A stretch of 64,000 bases of DNA from Candidatus Dormiibacterota bacterium (GTDB lineage Bacteria; Chloroflexota; Dormibacteria; Aeolococcales; Aeolococcaceae), in the NCBI GenBank assembly GCA_963709585.1, contig CAVPXI010000008.1, forward strand, positions 1-64,000, written 5' to 3'. This document shows, piece after piece, positions 9,429 to 19,887 of the stretch. The stretch's first letter is position 1. Each line of letters starts with the position of its first letter. The position numbers and the translations under genes were made by a program. Under the pieces are notes generated by a model. The model had not been told where the DNA came from. It did not search any database and saw only the letters and a list, made by a program, of their open reading frames with translations.

Positions 9429-10230
9429 ATGACCGCCGAAGCAACCCAGGCGACCGCTCCGGAACTGCTCCAGTCGGTGACCGACGGGGTGCTCACGCTC
9501 ACGCTCAACCGCCCCGAGGTGCTCAACGCGATCACCCCCGCGCTCCTCGACGAGGTCACCGAGTCGCTGCGAGACGCTGCTGCAGGACGGACTGTTCGCG
9601 CGGTGATCATCACCGGCGCGGGACGCGGCTTCTGCAGCGGTCAGGACCTGCGCGCCGCCGCGAGCGAGGGCGGGCTCGACGTGGGCGCGGTGCTCCGGGA
9701 CCACTACACACCGGCGATCCGGGCGATCCGGTCGATGGACCAACCGGTGATTGCGGCCGTCAACGGGGTCGCCGCCGGCGCGGGCTTCTCCCTCGCGCTG
9801 GCGTGCGACCTGCGCATCGCAAGCCGAGTCGGCCACCTTCGTTCAGGCTTTCGTGCGCATCGGCCTCATCCCCGACCTCGCCAGCACCTACTTTCTTCCG
9901 CGCCTGATCGGTCCGGCGCGTGCCGCCGAGTTGACCATGCTCGGAGACACGGTCGACGCCGCTCGCGCGCTCGAGCTCGGCATCGTCAACCGCGTCGTGC
10001 CCGATGCCGAGCTGGCGCCGGTGGCGGCCGAGCTGGCGGGCCGCCTGGCTCGCGGGCCCCGCTCGATCGGGCTCACCAAACGCGCGCTCGGGGTTTCGCA
10101 CGAGAACGATCTCGAGGCGCAGCTCGCCGTCGAGGAGCGCCTCCAGACCGAGGCCACGACCACCCGCGATTTCGCAGAGGGCGTGAGCGCGTTTCTCGAA
10201 AAGCGCCGGGCAACCTTCACCGGCTCGTAG
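9429..10230 (+). CDS. Enoyl-CoA hydratase/isomerase (PaaG-like), one-base insertion near 9821
   Basis: LNRPEVLNA, GRGFCSGQDL, VNGVAAGAG; second frame FVQAFVRIGLIPD...EGVSAFLEKR. Confidence 0.88.
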
Positions 10231-10240
10231 GCGCGTTCAG

Positions 10241-11648
10241 ATGCTCGGTGTCATCGACAAGCTCACCGGTCTGCTTGGACCGGAGAGGGTGCTGACCGGC
10301 GCCGACGTCAGCCAGGACGACTGGCATGACGAGTTGCTGGTCGCGCACTGGCACGCACCCGACGCGGTGGTTCTCCCCCACTCCGCTGCGGAGATTGCTC
10401 AGATCATCAGGATTGCCCGCGAGTTCGCCGTGCCGGTCGACCGCCCGCGGCTCCGGCACCGGGCTCGCGGGCGGATGCGTGCCCCGCGACGGCGGCATTC
10501 TCATCGCGTTTCGGGAGATGAACGCGATCCTCGAGATCGACGTCGACAATCAGATCGCGGTGGTCCAGCCGGGGGTGAGCCTGCGCGAGCTCGACGAGGT
10601 CGCGGCGCGCCACGGGCTCGTGTACGCCGTGTTCCCGGGCGAGAGCAGCGCGAGCCTGGGCGGCAGCGTCGCGACCAATGCGGGCGGGATGCGCGCCGTC
10701 AAGTACGGGGTCACCCGCCACCAGGTGCTCGGACTCGAGGCGGTGCTCGGGACCGGCGAGGTCATCCGCACCGGCGGCAAGTTCGTGAAGGCGACGTCCG
10801 GCTACGATCTCACCCAGTTGATCGTTGGATCCGAGGGTACCCTCGCGATCGTCAGCGAGGCGATCCTGCGTCTCTATCCCCGCCATCCGCACGCCGCCAC
10901 CGTGCTCGCGCCCTTCCGCACCGTTGCCGAGATCGCCAAGGCGGTGCCGCGAATCGTTCAGAGTGGCGCCGCGCCGTTGATCCTCGAGTACATCGACATG
11001 ATGTCGATGGCGGCGATCACCGCCGCACGCGGGCTGGAGCTCGGAATCGGGGCGGCCGTGAAGGACGCCGCCCTCGCCTACCTGGTCGTCGTCCTGGAGT
11101 CCCGCGACCCCGGGCGCCTCGACGAGGACATCGAGCAGCTCGGCGACTTGATCACCACGCTGGGCGCGCTCGACGTGTACGTGCTCCCACCACGCGCCGC
11201 GTCGGACCTGATCGAGGCGCGAGAGCGCGCGTTCTTCGCCGCCAGGGCCGCCGGCGCCAACGAGATCATCGACACCGTCGTCCCGCGCGCGCAGATTCCC
11301 GAGTTTCTGGCACAGGTGTCAGTAATTGCTACGGACACCGGGTCGATGGTCGTGGGCTGTGGTCACGCGGGCGACGGCAACGTGCATCTGTCGGTGTTCC
11401 AGTCGGATCCCGAACGCCTCGAGCAGGTGCTGCACAGCGTCTTTGCCGCAGGCGCCGCGTTGGGTGGCGCGGTGTCGGGCGAGCACGGCATCGGTACTGA
11501 CAAACGCCGTCACTTCCTCGCCCTCGAGGACCCCGCCAAGCTCGCGCTCATGGGCAGGATCAAAGCGGCGTTCGACCCCGACGGCATCCTCAATCCCGGG
11601 GCGATGCTCGAGCCGTCGCGCGCGTTGACGACATCGAGCGCTGGATGA
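10241..11648 (+). CDS. FAD-linked oxidase (GlcD/D-lactate dehydrogenase family), one-base insertion near 10439
   Basis: ARGSGTGLAGG, ATNAGG..AVKYG, GSEGTL, GHAGDGNVH, GEHGIG. Confidence 0.9.
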
Positions 11649-13198
11649 TCGGCGCTGAGGCGCTGGTTCGCAGCCTCGTCGCCTCGGGCGTCGACGTGGT
11701 GTTCGCCAACCCCGGCACATCCGAGATGCACTTTGTCGCCACCCTCGACGCGGTGCCGGAGATGCGCGGCGTGCTCGCATTGTTCGAAGGCGCTGCCACC
11801 GGCGCCGCAGACGGGTACGCACGCATGCGTGAGACGCCGGCGGCGGTCCTCCTCCATCTCGGCCCCGGTCTCGGCAACGGTCTCGCCAATCTCCACAACG
11901 CGAGACGCGCTCATGCACCGGTGGTGGCGATCGTCGGCGATCACGCGACCCACCACAAACAGTACGACGCGCCGCTCGAGTCCGACATCGACACGGTGGC
12001 GCGGAGTGTCTCGACGTGGATCCGGCGCAGCGTCCGCGCCGAGGAAGCCGGCGCGGACGCCGCCGCGGCGGTCGCAGCCGCATACGGTCCGCCGGGACGG
12101 ATCGCAACCCTGATCCTGCCTGCGGACGTCTCGTGGTCCGAGGGTGGGTCGGCGTCACCGCCGGTGCAGCGGACTCCACGAGCCATGGTCAGGGTCGAGA
12201 CACTCGAAGCGACCGCGGCCGCGCTGCGCTCGCATGAGCGTACGGCGCTCCTGCTCGGCGGCACTGCGCTTCGCGAACGCGGAATCCAGGCCGCGTGCCG
12301 GATCGCGCAGGCGACCGGCGCCGAGGTGCTTGCGGAAACGTTCCCGGCGCGTGCTGAGCGGGGCGGCGGGATTCCCGCCGTCCAGCGCCTGGCGTACCTC
12401 GCGGAGATGGCCGCGGGGCAGCTCGACGGGCTGCGCCATGTCATCCTCGTCGACGCGAAGTCCCCGGTGTCGTTCTTCGCATATCCCGGCAAGCCGAGTG
12501 ACCTCGTGCCCGACGGCTGCGAGGTCACGATGCTCGCGGGCGGCGGCGACGACGCCGTGGCTGCGTTGGAAGCGCTCGCCGTTGAGGTCGGCGCCGAGCC
12601 CCACCCCGCGATCGCCGACGCAGCAAGGCCCGAGAAGCCCAGCGGGGAGCTGAGCGCCGAGTCGATTGCGCGCGCGATCGGCGCGCTGCTGCCCGAGGGT
12701 GCGATCGTCTCCGACGAGGCCAACACCAGCGGCACGTTCTTCCCGATGTTCACCGCCGGGGCTGCTCGACATGACTGGCTCAGCCTCACTGGCGGGGCGA
12801 TCGGCCAGGGACTCCCCGTCGCGCTCGGCGCCGCCGTCGCGTGTCCCGACCAGCCGGTCCTCGCCCTCGAGGCAGACGGGTCGGCGCTCTACACGCTGCA
12901 GTCGCTCTGGACCATGGCCCGCGAACAGCTCGATGTGACCACGGTCATCTTCAGCAACCGCCGCTACGCGATCCTGCGCATGGAGCTCGCCCGCGTCGGT
13001 GCCACCGCGTCCGGTGCACGGGCACTCGACATGCTCGACATCTCGCCGCCCGAGATCGATTTCGTCGCGCTCTCCCGAGGCTTCGGTGTCCCCGCCACCC
13101 GGCCGGAGAGTGCGGACGGGTTCGCAGCCGACCTGGAGCGAGCGTTCGCCGAGCCGGGCCCGCACCTCATCGAGGCGGTCGTCCCCTCCCTGTTCTGA
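11645..13198 (+). CDS. ThDP-dependent enzyme, acetolactate synthase large subunit-like
   Basis: FANPGTSEMHFV, GAADGYAR, TGGAIGQG, ADGSALYTLQSLWT. Confidence 0.9.
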   Translation: MIGAEALVRSLVASGVDVVFANPGTSEMHFVATLDAVPEMRGVLALFEGAATGAADGYARMRETPAAVLLHLGPGLGNGLANLHNARRAHAPVVAIVGDHATHHKQYDAPLESDIDTVARSVSTWIRRSVRAEEAGADAAAAVAAAYGPPGRIATLILPADVSWSEGGSASPPVQRTPRAMVRVETLEATAAALRSHERTALLLGGTALRERGIQAACRIAQATGAEVLAETFPARAERGGGIPAVQRLAYLAEMAAGQLDGLRHVILVDAKSPVSFFAYPGKPSDLVPDGCEVTMLAGGGDDAVAALEALAVEVGAEPHPAIADAARPEKPSGELSAESIARAIGALLPEGAIVSDEANTSGTFFPMFTAGAARHDWLSLTGGAIGQGLPVALGAAVACPDQPVLALEADGSALYTLQSLWTMAREQLDVTTVIFSNRRYAILRMELARVGATASGARALDMLDISPPEIDFVALSRGFGVPATRPESADGFAADLERAFAEPGPHLIEAVVPSLF

Positions 13199-13813
13199 TC
13201 AGCGCCGCAGTCGCTCGCCGGCTCGGATCGGGATGGTCAGCCAGTTCTCGCGCGGCGGCAGCGGACAGCTCCACTGCGGGTCGTAGCTGCACGAGGGCTG
13301 GTAGGAGAAGTTGAAGTCAAGGACCAGTCGGCCGTCGCCGCCGGCGCCGAGATCCGCCCCTTTCGCGGTGTCGAGCACGTAGCGACCGGCCCCGTAGGTC
13401 TCATCACCGGAGGTCGCGTCGCGAAAGGAGAGGAAGAACCCGCCGGCATAGTCGAGCAGCCAGAACATCGACAGGGTCAAGGGCGTGCCACCGAGCGAGA
13501 AGTGAGCGGTCCCGGCGCGCTCCGCGGTGACGTGGCCGGAGGTCGATCCGGGGAGCTCGAACGTGGCGCCGTCGCCTGCCTCGAGATCGGCGTCGGTGCG
13601 CAACGCCGGGTCGTAGTCGTAGTACGCGGGAGACGTGGCGTCCCCCCGCTCAGCCGCCGGCACGGGGCTCTGCGGATGCGACCGGAACAGGCGATCACGA
13701 ACGTCACACCAGCGCATCCACGCCGCGACCGCGTCCGGCTCGGCGCGGATCGCGGCGTACAGCTCGCTCACCTGGCGGCGCCAGTCCGCAAGCTCGAGCC
13801 GTTCGGCGATCAC
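13199..13813 (-). CDS. DUF1684 family protein
   Basis: LADWRRQVSELY, HPQSP, FRDATSGDETYGAGRYVLD, DFNFSYQPSC. Confidence 0.88.
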   Translation of the reverse strand: MIAERLELADWRRQVSELYAAIRAEPDAVAAWMRWCDVRDRLFRSHPQSPVPAAERGDATSPAYYDYDPALRTDADLEAGDGATFELPGSTSGHVTAERAGTAHFSLGGTPLTLSMFWLLDYAGGFFLSFRDATSGDETYGAGRYVLDTAKGADLGAGGDGRLVLDFNFSYQPSCSYDPQWSCPLPPRENWLTIPIRAGERLRR

Positions 13814-13851
13814 CGAGGCGCGCCCCGCGATGGCTTCACGATGGCGCTCCG

Positions 13852-14718
13852 TCAGGGACCGTCGCCGTAGACGACGCCGCCGCGGAGTTCGTCCAGGCGT
13901 CGCATTCGGGCATGCGCGGTCTCGCCGAGACGGGCGAGCACCCCGGCGATCAAGGCCTCGGTGAGCGCTACCGCGGAGACCAGCGTGTCGAATGGGGTCA
14001 CCGTCGTCTGGACACCGGTGACGAGCACGAAGCGCGCCGAGGCAGCAGCGGGTGACAACCACGGATCGGTGACGAGCACGACCGTGCTCCCCCGTCGCGC
14101 GGCGACCTTCGCGCTGTTGATGGTGTCGCTCTGGTAGCGGCGGTAGTCAAAGACGACGAGGATGTCCCGGCGCCCCAGGTCGACCAGGTGATCCGCCGGG
14201 TTGCTCCGTTCCGGGTCGATGAGCTCCACGCCGGGGCGGATGAGATGCAGTTGACTCGCCAGGTAGCGCGCCAGGAACGTGCTCACCCGTCCGCCCAGCG
14301 CCAGCACCCGCCGGCGCGAATCGGCGAGCAGGTCGACGACCGCATCGAAGTCGTGCTCCGAGACCATGTCGACACTCGCCCGCAGGCTGTGCTCGTAGGT
14401 CGCAAACGCGTCGTGGAGCATCGACCCGCTCGAATCCCCGGGTCGGGTGAGCTCGTAACGGGCGAGCGGTGAGCTGAGCCGCTCCTGCAACTCCTGACGC
14501 AGCGAATCCTGGAACTCCGGATACCCACGCAGGCCGAGCTTGGCGATGAATCGCGTGACCGTCGCTGGGCTGACTCCCGCCCGCTCCGCGAAGCGCGGGA
14601 GGCTCTCGAGCCCGGCCACCGGATAGAACGCGAGCAGGACCTGGCCCAACCGCCGCTCCGAGGCACTGAGCGCTCCCATCCGCTGGCGAACCAACTCGCC
14701 GACCAGGAACTCGGGCAT
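13852..14718 (-). CDS. MurR/RpiR-family transcriptional regulator
   Basis: HTH AERAGVSPATVTRFIAKLG.GYPEFQ plus SIS domain (DILVVFDYRRY). Confidence 0.92.
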   Translation of the reverse strand: MPEFLVGELVRQRMGALSASERRLGQVLLAFYPVAGLESLPRFAERAGVSPATVTRFIAKLGLRGYPEFQDSLRQELQERLSSPLARYELTRPGDSSGSMLHDAFATYEHSLRASVDMVSEHDFDAVVDLLADSRRRVLALGGRVSTFLARYLASQLHLIRPGVELIDPERSNPADHLVDLGRRDILVVFDYRRYQSDTINSAKVAARRGSTVVLVTDPWLSPAAASARFVLVTGVQTTVTPFDTLVSAVALTEALIAGVLARLGETAHARMRRLDELRGGVVYGDGP

Positions 14719-14734
14719 TGAAACGATTCTTACA
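14719..14734. promoter_or_regulatory. Probable RpiR operator TGAAA-N6-TTACA
   Basis: TGAAACGATTCTTACA, an imperfect palindrome directly before the regulator ATG and resembling RpiR/HexR-type sites. Confidence 0.55.
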
Positions 14735-14768
14735 GTTTTGACCCGGTTGGGTTTGTTCGATAAATCTG

Positions 14769-14798
14769 TTGACGCCGGTGCAGATCCGCTGCTACTGT
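14769..14798 (+). promoter_or_regulatory. Housekeeping-sigma promoter of the permease operon
   Basis: TTGACG-18 nt-TACTGT with extended TG. Confidence 0.55.
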
Positions 14799-14837
14799 GC
14801 GGCCACCACAAACCGGAGCGCATGGGGAGATGAGCCG

Positions 14838-16388
14838 ATGACCGTTCAGCCTATGGACAGCGATACCGAAGCGCTCCACAGGATGGGGTACGCCCAGGAA
14901 CTGCTGCGACGGATGGGGGGCTTCTCCAACTTCGCGGTGTCGTTCACGATCATCTCGATCCTTTCCGGCTGCCTGACCGCGTATGGCGTCGCCATGTTCA
15001 ACGGCGGTCCGATCGACATGAACATCGGCTGGCCGTTGGTCGGGATCATGGTCATCATCGTCGGCCTCGCTATGGCCGAGGTCTGCTCGAGCTACCCGAC
15101 CGCCGGTGGTCTCTACTACTGGTCGGCCAAGCTCGGCGGCAAGAATGGAGCAGCCTGGAGCTGGTTCACCGGCTGGTTCAACCTCGTGGGCCAGGTGGCG
15201 GTGACCGCCGGCATCGACGGCGGGCTGGCGCTCTTCGCGTCAGCCTTCATGAACAATTGGTTCGGGTACCCCCTGACACCGTGGCCGATCCTCGGCGTCT
15301 ACGCGGTTGCGCTTGTCCTGCATGGCCTGCTCAACACCTTCGGGATCCGCTTGGTCGCACTCCTCAACGACATCTCCGTGTGGTGGCACATCACCGGCGT
15401 GATCGTGATCGTCGCAATCCTCCTCATCGTTCCGAAGCACCATCAGTCAGTTGCGTTCATCTTCACAAGCTTCAACAATGGGACTGGTGCGGCGTTCCCG
15501 GGAAACGTGATCTACGTCTTCCTGATCGGTCTGTTGCTTGCGCAGTACACATTCACCGGCTACGACGCGTCCGCGCACATGACCGAGGAAACCAGGAACG
15601 CGGCCGTAGCGGGCCCGCGCGGCATTGTGATGTCGATCGTTGTGTCACTCGTGGCGGGGTGGATTCTGCTGATCGGCGTGACCTCGGCCATCCAGAACTA
15701 CACCGCCGAGTCGACCGCCGTGGTGCCGGCAGCCCAGATCTTCATCGATGCTGCGGGCGGCGGGCTCGGTCAGTTCCTACTGCTCATCGCGATCGGCGCG
15801 CAGTTCTACTGCGGGATGTCGTCGGTCACCGCCAACTCCCGGATGATCTACGCGTTCTCGCGCGACGGCGCTGTTCCAGGACACCGGTTCTGGAGCAAGA
15901 TCAACAAGCGCACGCGCACTCCAACCAACTCGATCTGGCTGGCCGTGGTCGGCGCGTTCATCCTGTTTGTGCCCTACGTGTTCAATGCATATGCGTACGC
16001 CGCCGTGATCTCGATCGCGGTCATCGGCCTCTATGTGGCGTACGGCATCCCGATCCTCCTTCGCCTGCGCGCCGGCGACAGCTTCCAGCGAGGTCCGTGG
16101 CATCTGGGCAGGTGGAGCCGTGTGATCGGCACCATCGCGGTGGTGTGGATCGGGCTCATCAGCATCCTGTTCATCCTCCCGACGGCGTTTCCGATCACCG
16201 GCACCAACTTCAACTACACGATCGTCGCGTTCGCGGTCGTGCTCGGTGGCACCACGATCTGGTGGATGGTGTCGGCGAAGAATTGGTTCAAAGGACCACG
16301 CGTTCAGGGCACGCCCGAGGAGCTGGCGTCGATCGAAGCCGGGTTCATCGACGCTCCTGTCCCGGTGCCTGCGGTTTCGGCAGGCTGA
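14838..16388 (+). CDS. APC-family amino acid/amine permease
   Basis: GYAQEL.R, FSNFAVSFTIISILSG, PTAGGLYYW, TGYDASAHMTEET; about 12 TM segments. Confidence 0.92.
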   Translation: MTVQPMDSDTEALHRMGYAQELLRRMGGFSNFAVSFTIISILSGCLTAYGVAMFNGGPIDMNIGWPLVGIMVIIVGLAMAEVCSSYPTAGGLYYWSAKLGGKNGAAWSWFTGWFNLVGQVAVTAGIDGGLALFASAFMNNWFGYPLTPWPILGVYAVALVLHGLLNTFGIRLVALLNDISVWWHITGVIVIVAILLIVPKHHQSVAFIFTSFNNGTGAAFPGNVIYVFLIGLLLAQYTFTGYDASAHMTEETRNAAVAGPRGIVMSIVVSLVAGWILLIGVTSAIQNYTAESTAVVPAAQIFIDAAGGGLGQFLLLIAIGAQFYCGMSSVTANSRMIYAFSRDGAVPGHRFWSKINKRTRTPTNSIWLAVVGAFILFVPYVFNAYAYAAVISIAVIGLYVAYGIPILLRLRAGDSFQRGPWHLGRWSRVIGTIAVVWIGLISILFILPTAFPITGTNFNYTIVAFAVVLGGTTIWWMVSAKNWFKGPRVQGTPEELASIEAGFIDAPVPVPAVSAG

Positions 16389-16458
16389 TAGGCTGCCCAA
16401 TCGGTTCATCACGCGTGCTCGCGGCTCAGACGCCGCGGGCACGCGAAGGATCCTCAAG

Positions 16459-17193
16459 ATGCCCAAGCCCAGGATCGGTGTGACGTGCAGTCCGCTCCGC
16501 GGACCCGCGTACTACGCGGCCTACCTTCGCGCCGTCGAGGCCGCCGGCGGCGATCCGGTCACGCTCGATCCGCAGCCCAACGGCCTCGAGGCCGATCAGG
16601 CGGCAGCGATGATCCACGGCATCGACGGCCTGCTCGTTCCCGGCGGCTGGGACGTTGATCCGCCCGCGTACGGCGAGGTCCGCCAGGAGGAAACCCCCGA
16701 TGTCGACCCGCCGCTCGATCTGACCGAGATCGCGCTCGTGCGCGCGGCGGTGGATGAGGGGGTTCCCGTCTTCGGGATCTGCCGCGGCCAGCAGGTCATC
16801 AACGTGGCTCTCGGTGGGTCGCTGCTTCAGCACATCGACGGTCACGATTACCACGGCCATCCCCGGGATCTTCTGGCGCACTCCATCGCCGTGGTGCCCG
16901 GGTCGGAGCTGTCCAAGGTCACCCCGGGCGATCGGCTGATGGTCAACAGCCTGCATCACCAGTCCGTGAAGGAGGTCGCGCCGGGTTTGCACGCGACCGC
17001 GCACAGCCCCGACGGCGTCGTCGAGGGCATCGAGTCGGCGGACGGCATGATCGTGGCCGTGCAGTGTCATCCCGAAGAGCTGTTCGGCCAGCAGGGATGG
17101 GCGGCGGCGCTCTTCCGCACTTTTGTCGACCGCGTTGCCGAGCACAACCACAACGGCGCGGTCGCGGCCGACGCCTCCACGGAGGACAGCTGA
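16459..17193 (+). CDS. Gamma-glutamyl-amide hydrolase (PuuD-like, peptidase C26)
   Basis: PGGWDVDP, GICRGQQ, NSLHHQ, VQCHPE. Confidence 0.92.
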   Translation: MPKPRIGVTCSPLRGPAYYAAYLRAVEAAGGDPVTLDPQPNGLEADQAAAMIHGIDGLLVPGGWDVDPPAYGEVRQEETPDVDPPLDLTEIALVRAAVDEGVPVFGICRGQQVINVALGGSLLQHIDGHDYHGHPRDLLAHSIAVVPGSELSKVTPGDRLMVNSLHHQSVKEVAPGLHATAHSPDGVVEGIESADGMIVAVQCHPEELFGQQGWAAALFRTFVDRVAEHNHNGAVAADASTEDS

Positions 17194-17196
17194 CCG

Positions 17197-18531
17197 ATGC
17201 TCACGCTCGAAGAACTCACCAACGCCGTCGGCGCCGGCGACATCGACACCGTGGTGGTGGCCTTCACCGACATGCAGGGGCGCCTGATGGGCAAGCGGAT
17301 GGAGGCGCACTTCTTCATCGAGGAGATGGAGCACAAGAATCCGATCGAGGGCTGCAATTACCTGCTCGCCCTCGAGATGGAGATGGATCCCGTTCCCGGC
17401 TATGAGATCGCCAGCTGGGATCGGGGCTACGGCGACTTCTCCATGGTTCCCGATTTCTCCACGATGCGCCGGATTCCCTGGCTCGAGGGCACCGCGCTCG
17501 TCCTCTGCGACGTCGCCTGGAATGACGGCACTCCCGTCCGTCCGTCGCCACGCCAGGTGCTCAAAGCGCAGGTCGAGCGGGCGCGCGCCCTCGGGTACGA
17601 GGCAATGTTCGGCTCCGAGCTCGAGTTCTTCCTGATCAAGGAGACATACGCGCAAGCGCACGCGCAGCACTACCGGGGGCTCACACCGTCGGTGCCGTAC
17701 ATCCTCGACTATCACATCCTCGCCACCAGCTACGACGAGCCGTTCATCCGCTCGGTGCGCAACAACATGCAGGCGGCGGGCATGCGCGTCGAGACCTCCA
17801 AAGGTGAGGCATGGCCCGGCCAGCAGGAGCTGAACTTCCGGTACGCGGACGCGGTGACCATGGCCGACAACCACGTCATCTACAAGAACGGCATCAAGGA
17901 GATGGCGCAGCAGCGCGGCTGTTCCGTGACCTTCATGGCGAAGCCCGATCACACCTGGATCGGCAGCTCGTGCCACATTCACTCGAGCCTGTGGGGTGAT
18001 GGCGCTGCGCTGTTCGCCGGGGAATCGCCGCTGTTCAAGCAGTACCTTGCCGGGCTGGTTGCGTGCGCCGATGAGTTCGCAGTCTTCCTCGCCCCGAACA
18101 TCAACTCCTACAAGCGGTACGCGGCGGGAAGCTGGGCGCCGACCACGCTCGCATGGGGATACGACAATCGAACCTGCGGTTTCCGTGTTGTCGGCCACGG
18201 CAAGGCCTTGCGTGTCGAGTGCCGCATCCCAGGTGCCGATGCCAACCCATACCTTGCCTTCGCCGCATTGCTGGCGGCGGGCCTACACGGCATCGAGCAT
18301 CAGCTCGAACCGCCGCCCGTGTTCACCGGCAATGCCTACGAATCCGACGTCAAACGCTTTCCGCACACGTTGAACGAAGCGATCGGCGCGCTCGAGCATG
18401 GCACGGTCGCGCGCTCGGCGCTCGGCGCCGACGTGGTCGATCACTACCTGAATTACGCGCGCACCGAGCAGCAGCTCTTTGACAAGACGGTCACCTGCTA
18501 CGAGCGCGAACGCTTCTTCGAACGCGGATGA
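17197..18531 (+). CDS. Glutamine synthetase-like gamma-glutamyl-amine ligase (GlnA4-type)
   Basis: DMQGRLMGKR, GYGDF, ELEFF, FMAKP, GSSCHIH, DNRT, ECRIPGADANPY. Confidence 0.92.
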   Translation: MLTLEELTNAVGAGDIDTVVVAFTDMQGRLMGKRMEAHFFIEEMEHKNPIEGCNYLLALEMEMDPVPGYEIASWDRGYGDFSMVPDFSTMRRIPWLEGTALVLCDVAWNDGTPVRPSPRQVLKAQVERARALGYEAMFGSELEFFLIKETYAQAHAQHYRGLTPSVPYILDYHILATSYDEPFIRSVRNNMQAAGMRVETSKGEAWPGQQELNFRYADAVTMADNHVIYKNGIKEMAQQRGCSVTFMAKPDHTWIGSSCHIHSSLWGDGAALFAGESPLFKQYLAGLVACADEFAVFLAPNINSYKRYAAGSWAPTTLAWGYDNRTCGFRVVGHGKALRVECRIPGADANPYLAFAALLAAGLHGIEHQLEPPPVFTGNAYESDVKRFPHTLNEAIGALEHGTVARSALGADVVDHYLNYARTEQQLFDKTVTCYERERFFERG

Positions 18532-19880
18532 CGCTTCGGCTGGTCAACCCGGCCACGGAGGAGTCCGTGGCCGAGCTCGAGCAGGCCGGCGTGCCGGAGA
18601 CGGACCGCGCCGTCGCCGCGGCGAAGACGGCGTTTCCGGCGTGGCGGGCGGTCGCACCCTCTGACCGCGCGCGTCTGCTGCGTCGTCTCGCCGGCCTCGT
18701 CGAAGATCACCATGAGGAGCTCGCGCTGCTGGAGACAAGGAATGTCGGCAAGCCGATCTCCAACTCCCGCGGTGAGGTCGCCATGGTCGCCGAGGTTTTC
18801 CACTACTACGCCGGGGCCGTCGACAAGCACCTCGGCCGCACGATCCCGGTGGCGGGTGGTATCGACATGACCTTCCGCGAGCCACTCGGCGTCGTCGGGC
18901 TGATCGTCCCGTGGAACTTCCCGCTCAACATCGCGAGCTGGAAGGTCGGCCCAGCGCTGGCGTGCGGCAACACAGTGGTCCTCAAGCCCGCAGAGCTGAC
19001 ACCGATGACGGCCCTCCGTCTCGCGGAGCTCGCGCTCGAGGCGGGTATCCCCGAGGGCGTGCTCAACGTCGTGGTGGGGCCGGGTCGCGTCGTCGGCGAA
19101 CGCCTCATTCACCATCCGGACGTCGCCAAGATAGGGTTCACCGGTTCGACGGAAGTTGGCATCGGGGTGATGCGCGGCGCGGCGGAGACCGTCAAGCGCG
19201 TGACCCTGGAGCTGGGCGGGAAGTCGGCCAACATCGTCTTCGCCGATGCGGACATCGAGCGCGCCGCCGCCGCCGCGCCCTACGCGGTCTTCGGCAACGC
19301 GGGACAGGACTGCTGCGCGCGTTCGCGCGTCCTCGTCCAGCGCGAGGCATACGACCGCTTTGTCTCGCTGCTCATCGCGGCGACCGGTGCGCTTCGCGTC
19401 GGAGACCCCGAGGATGACGCGACCGAGATGGGTCCTCTCGTTTCCGCCGGCCACCGCAACACGGTGGCCTCCTTTGTCGAGTCCGAACCGCTGTTCAAGG
19501 GATCGACCCCTGAGGGCCCGGGCTTCTGGTACCCGTGCACCCTCGTCGAGGCAACCAACAGCGACCGCGTCGCGCGCGACGAGGTCTTCGGGCCGGTCGC
19601 GGCGATCATTCCCTTCACCGACGAGGCTGACGCCGTGCGGATCGCGAACGACACTCCCTACGGGTTGTCCGGGTCGATCTGGACGATCAACGGTGCTCGC
19701 GCGCTCCGGGTCGCGAGGGCGCTGGAGGCCGGCGTGCTTTCGATCAACAGCAATTCCTCGGTGCGGGTATCCACCCCCTTCGGGGGGTTCAAGCAGTCCG
19801 GGTTCGGCCGCGAGCTGGGAATGAACGCCCTCGACGGTTACTCCGAGGTCAAGAATGTGTTCATGGCAACGGAGGGCTGA
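18528..19880 (+). CDS. Aldehyde dehydrogenase
   Basis: PWNFP, FTGST, LELGGKS, GQDCCA, EVFGP. Confidence 0.95.
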   Translation: MTLRLVNPATEESVAELEQAGVPETDRAVAAAKTAFPAWRAVAPSDRARLLRRLAGLVEDHHEELALLETRNVGKPISNSRGEVAMVAEVFHYYAGAVDKHLGRTIPVAGGIDMTFREPLGVVGLIVPWNFPLNIASWKVGPALACGNTVVLKPAELTPMTALRLAELALEAGIPEGVLNVVVGPGRVVGERLIHHPDVAKIGFTGSTEVGIGVMRGAAETVKRVTLELGGKSANIVFADADIERAAAAAPYAVFGNAGQDCCARSRVLVQREAYDRFVSLLIAATGALRVGDPEDDATEMGPLVSAGHRNTVASFVESEPLFKGSTPEGPGFWYPCTLVEATNSDRVARDEVFGPVAAIIPFTDEADAVRIANDTPYGLSGSIWTINGARALRVARALEAGVLSINSNSSVRVSTPFGGFKQSGFGRELGMNALDGYSEVKNVFMATEG

Positions 19881-19887
19881 CGCACAG

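Noticed and set aside
17197-18531. Calling the GS-like gene glnA
   Set aside because: Sequence and operon context point to a gamma-glutamyl-amine ligase.
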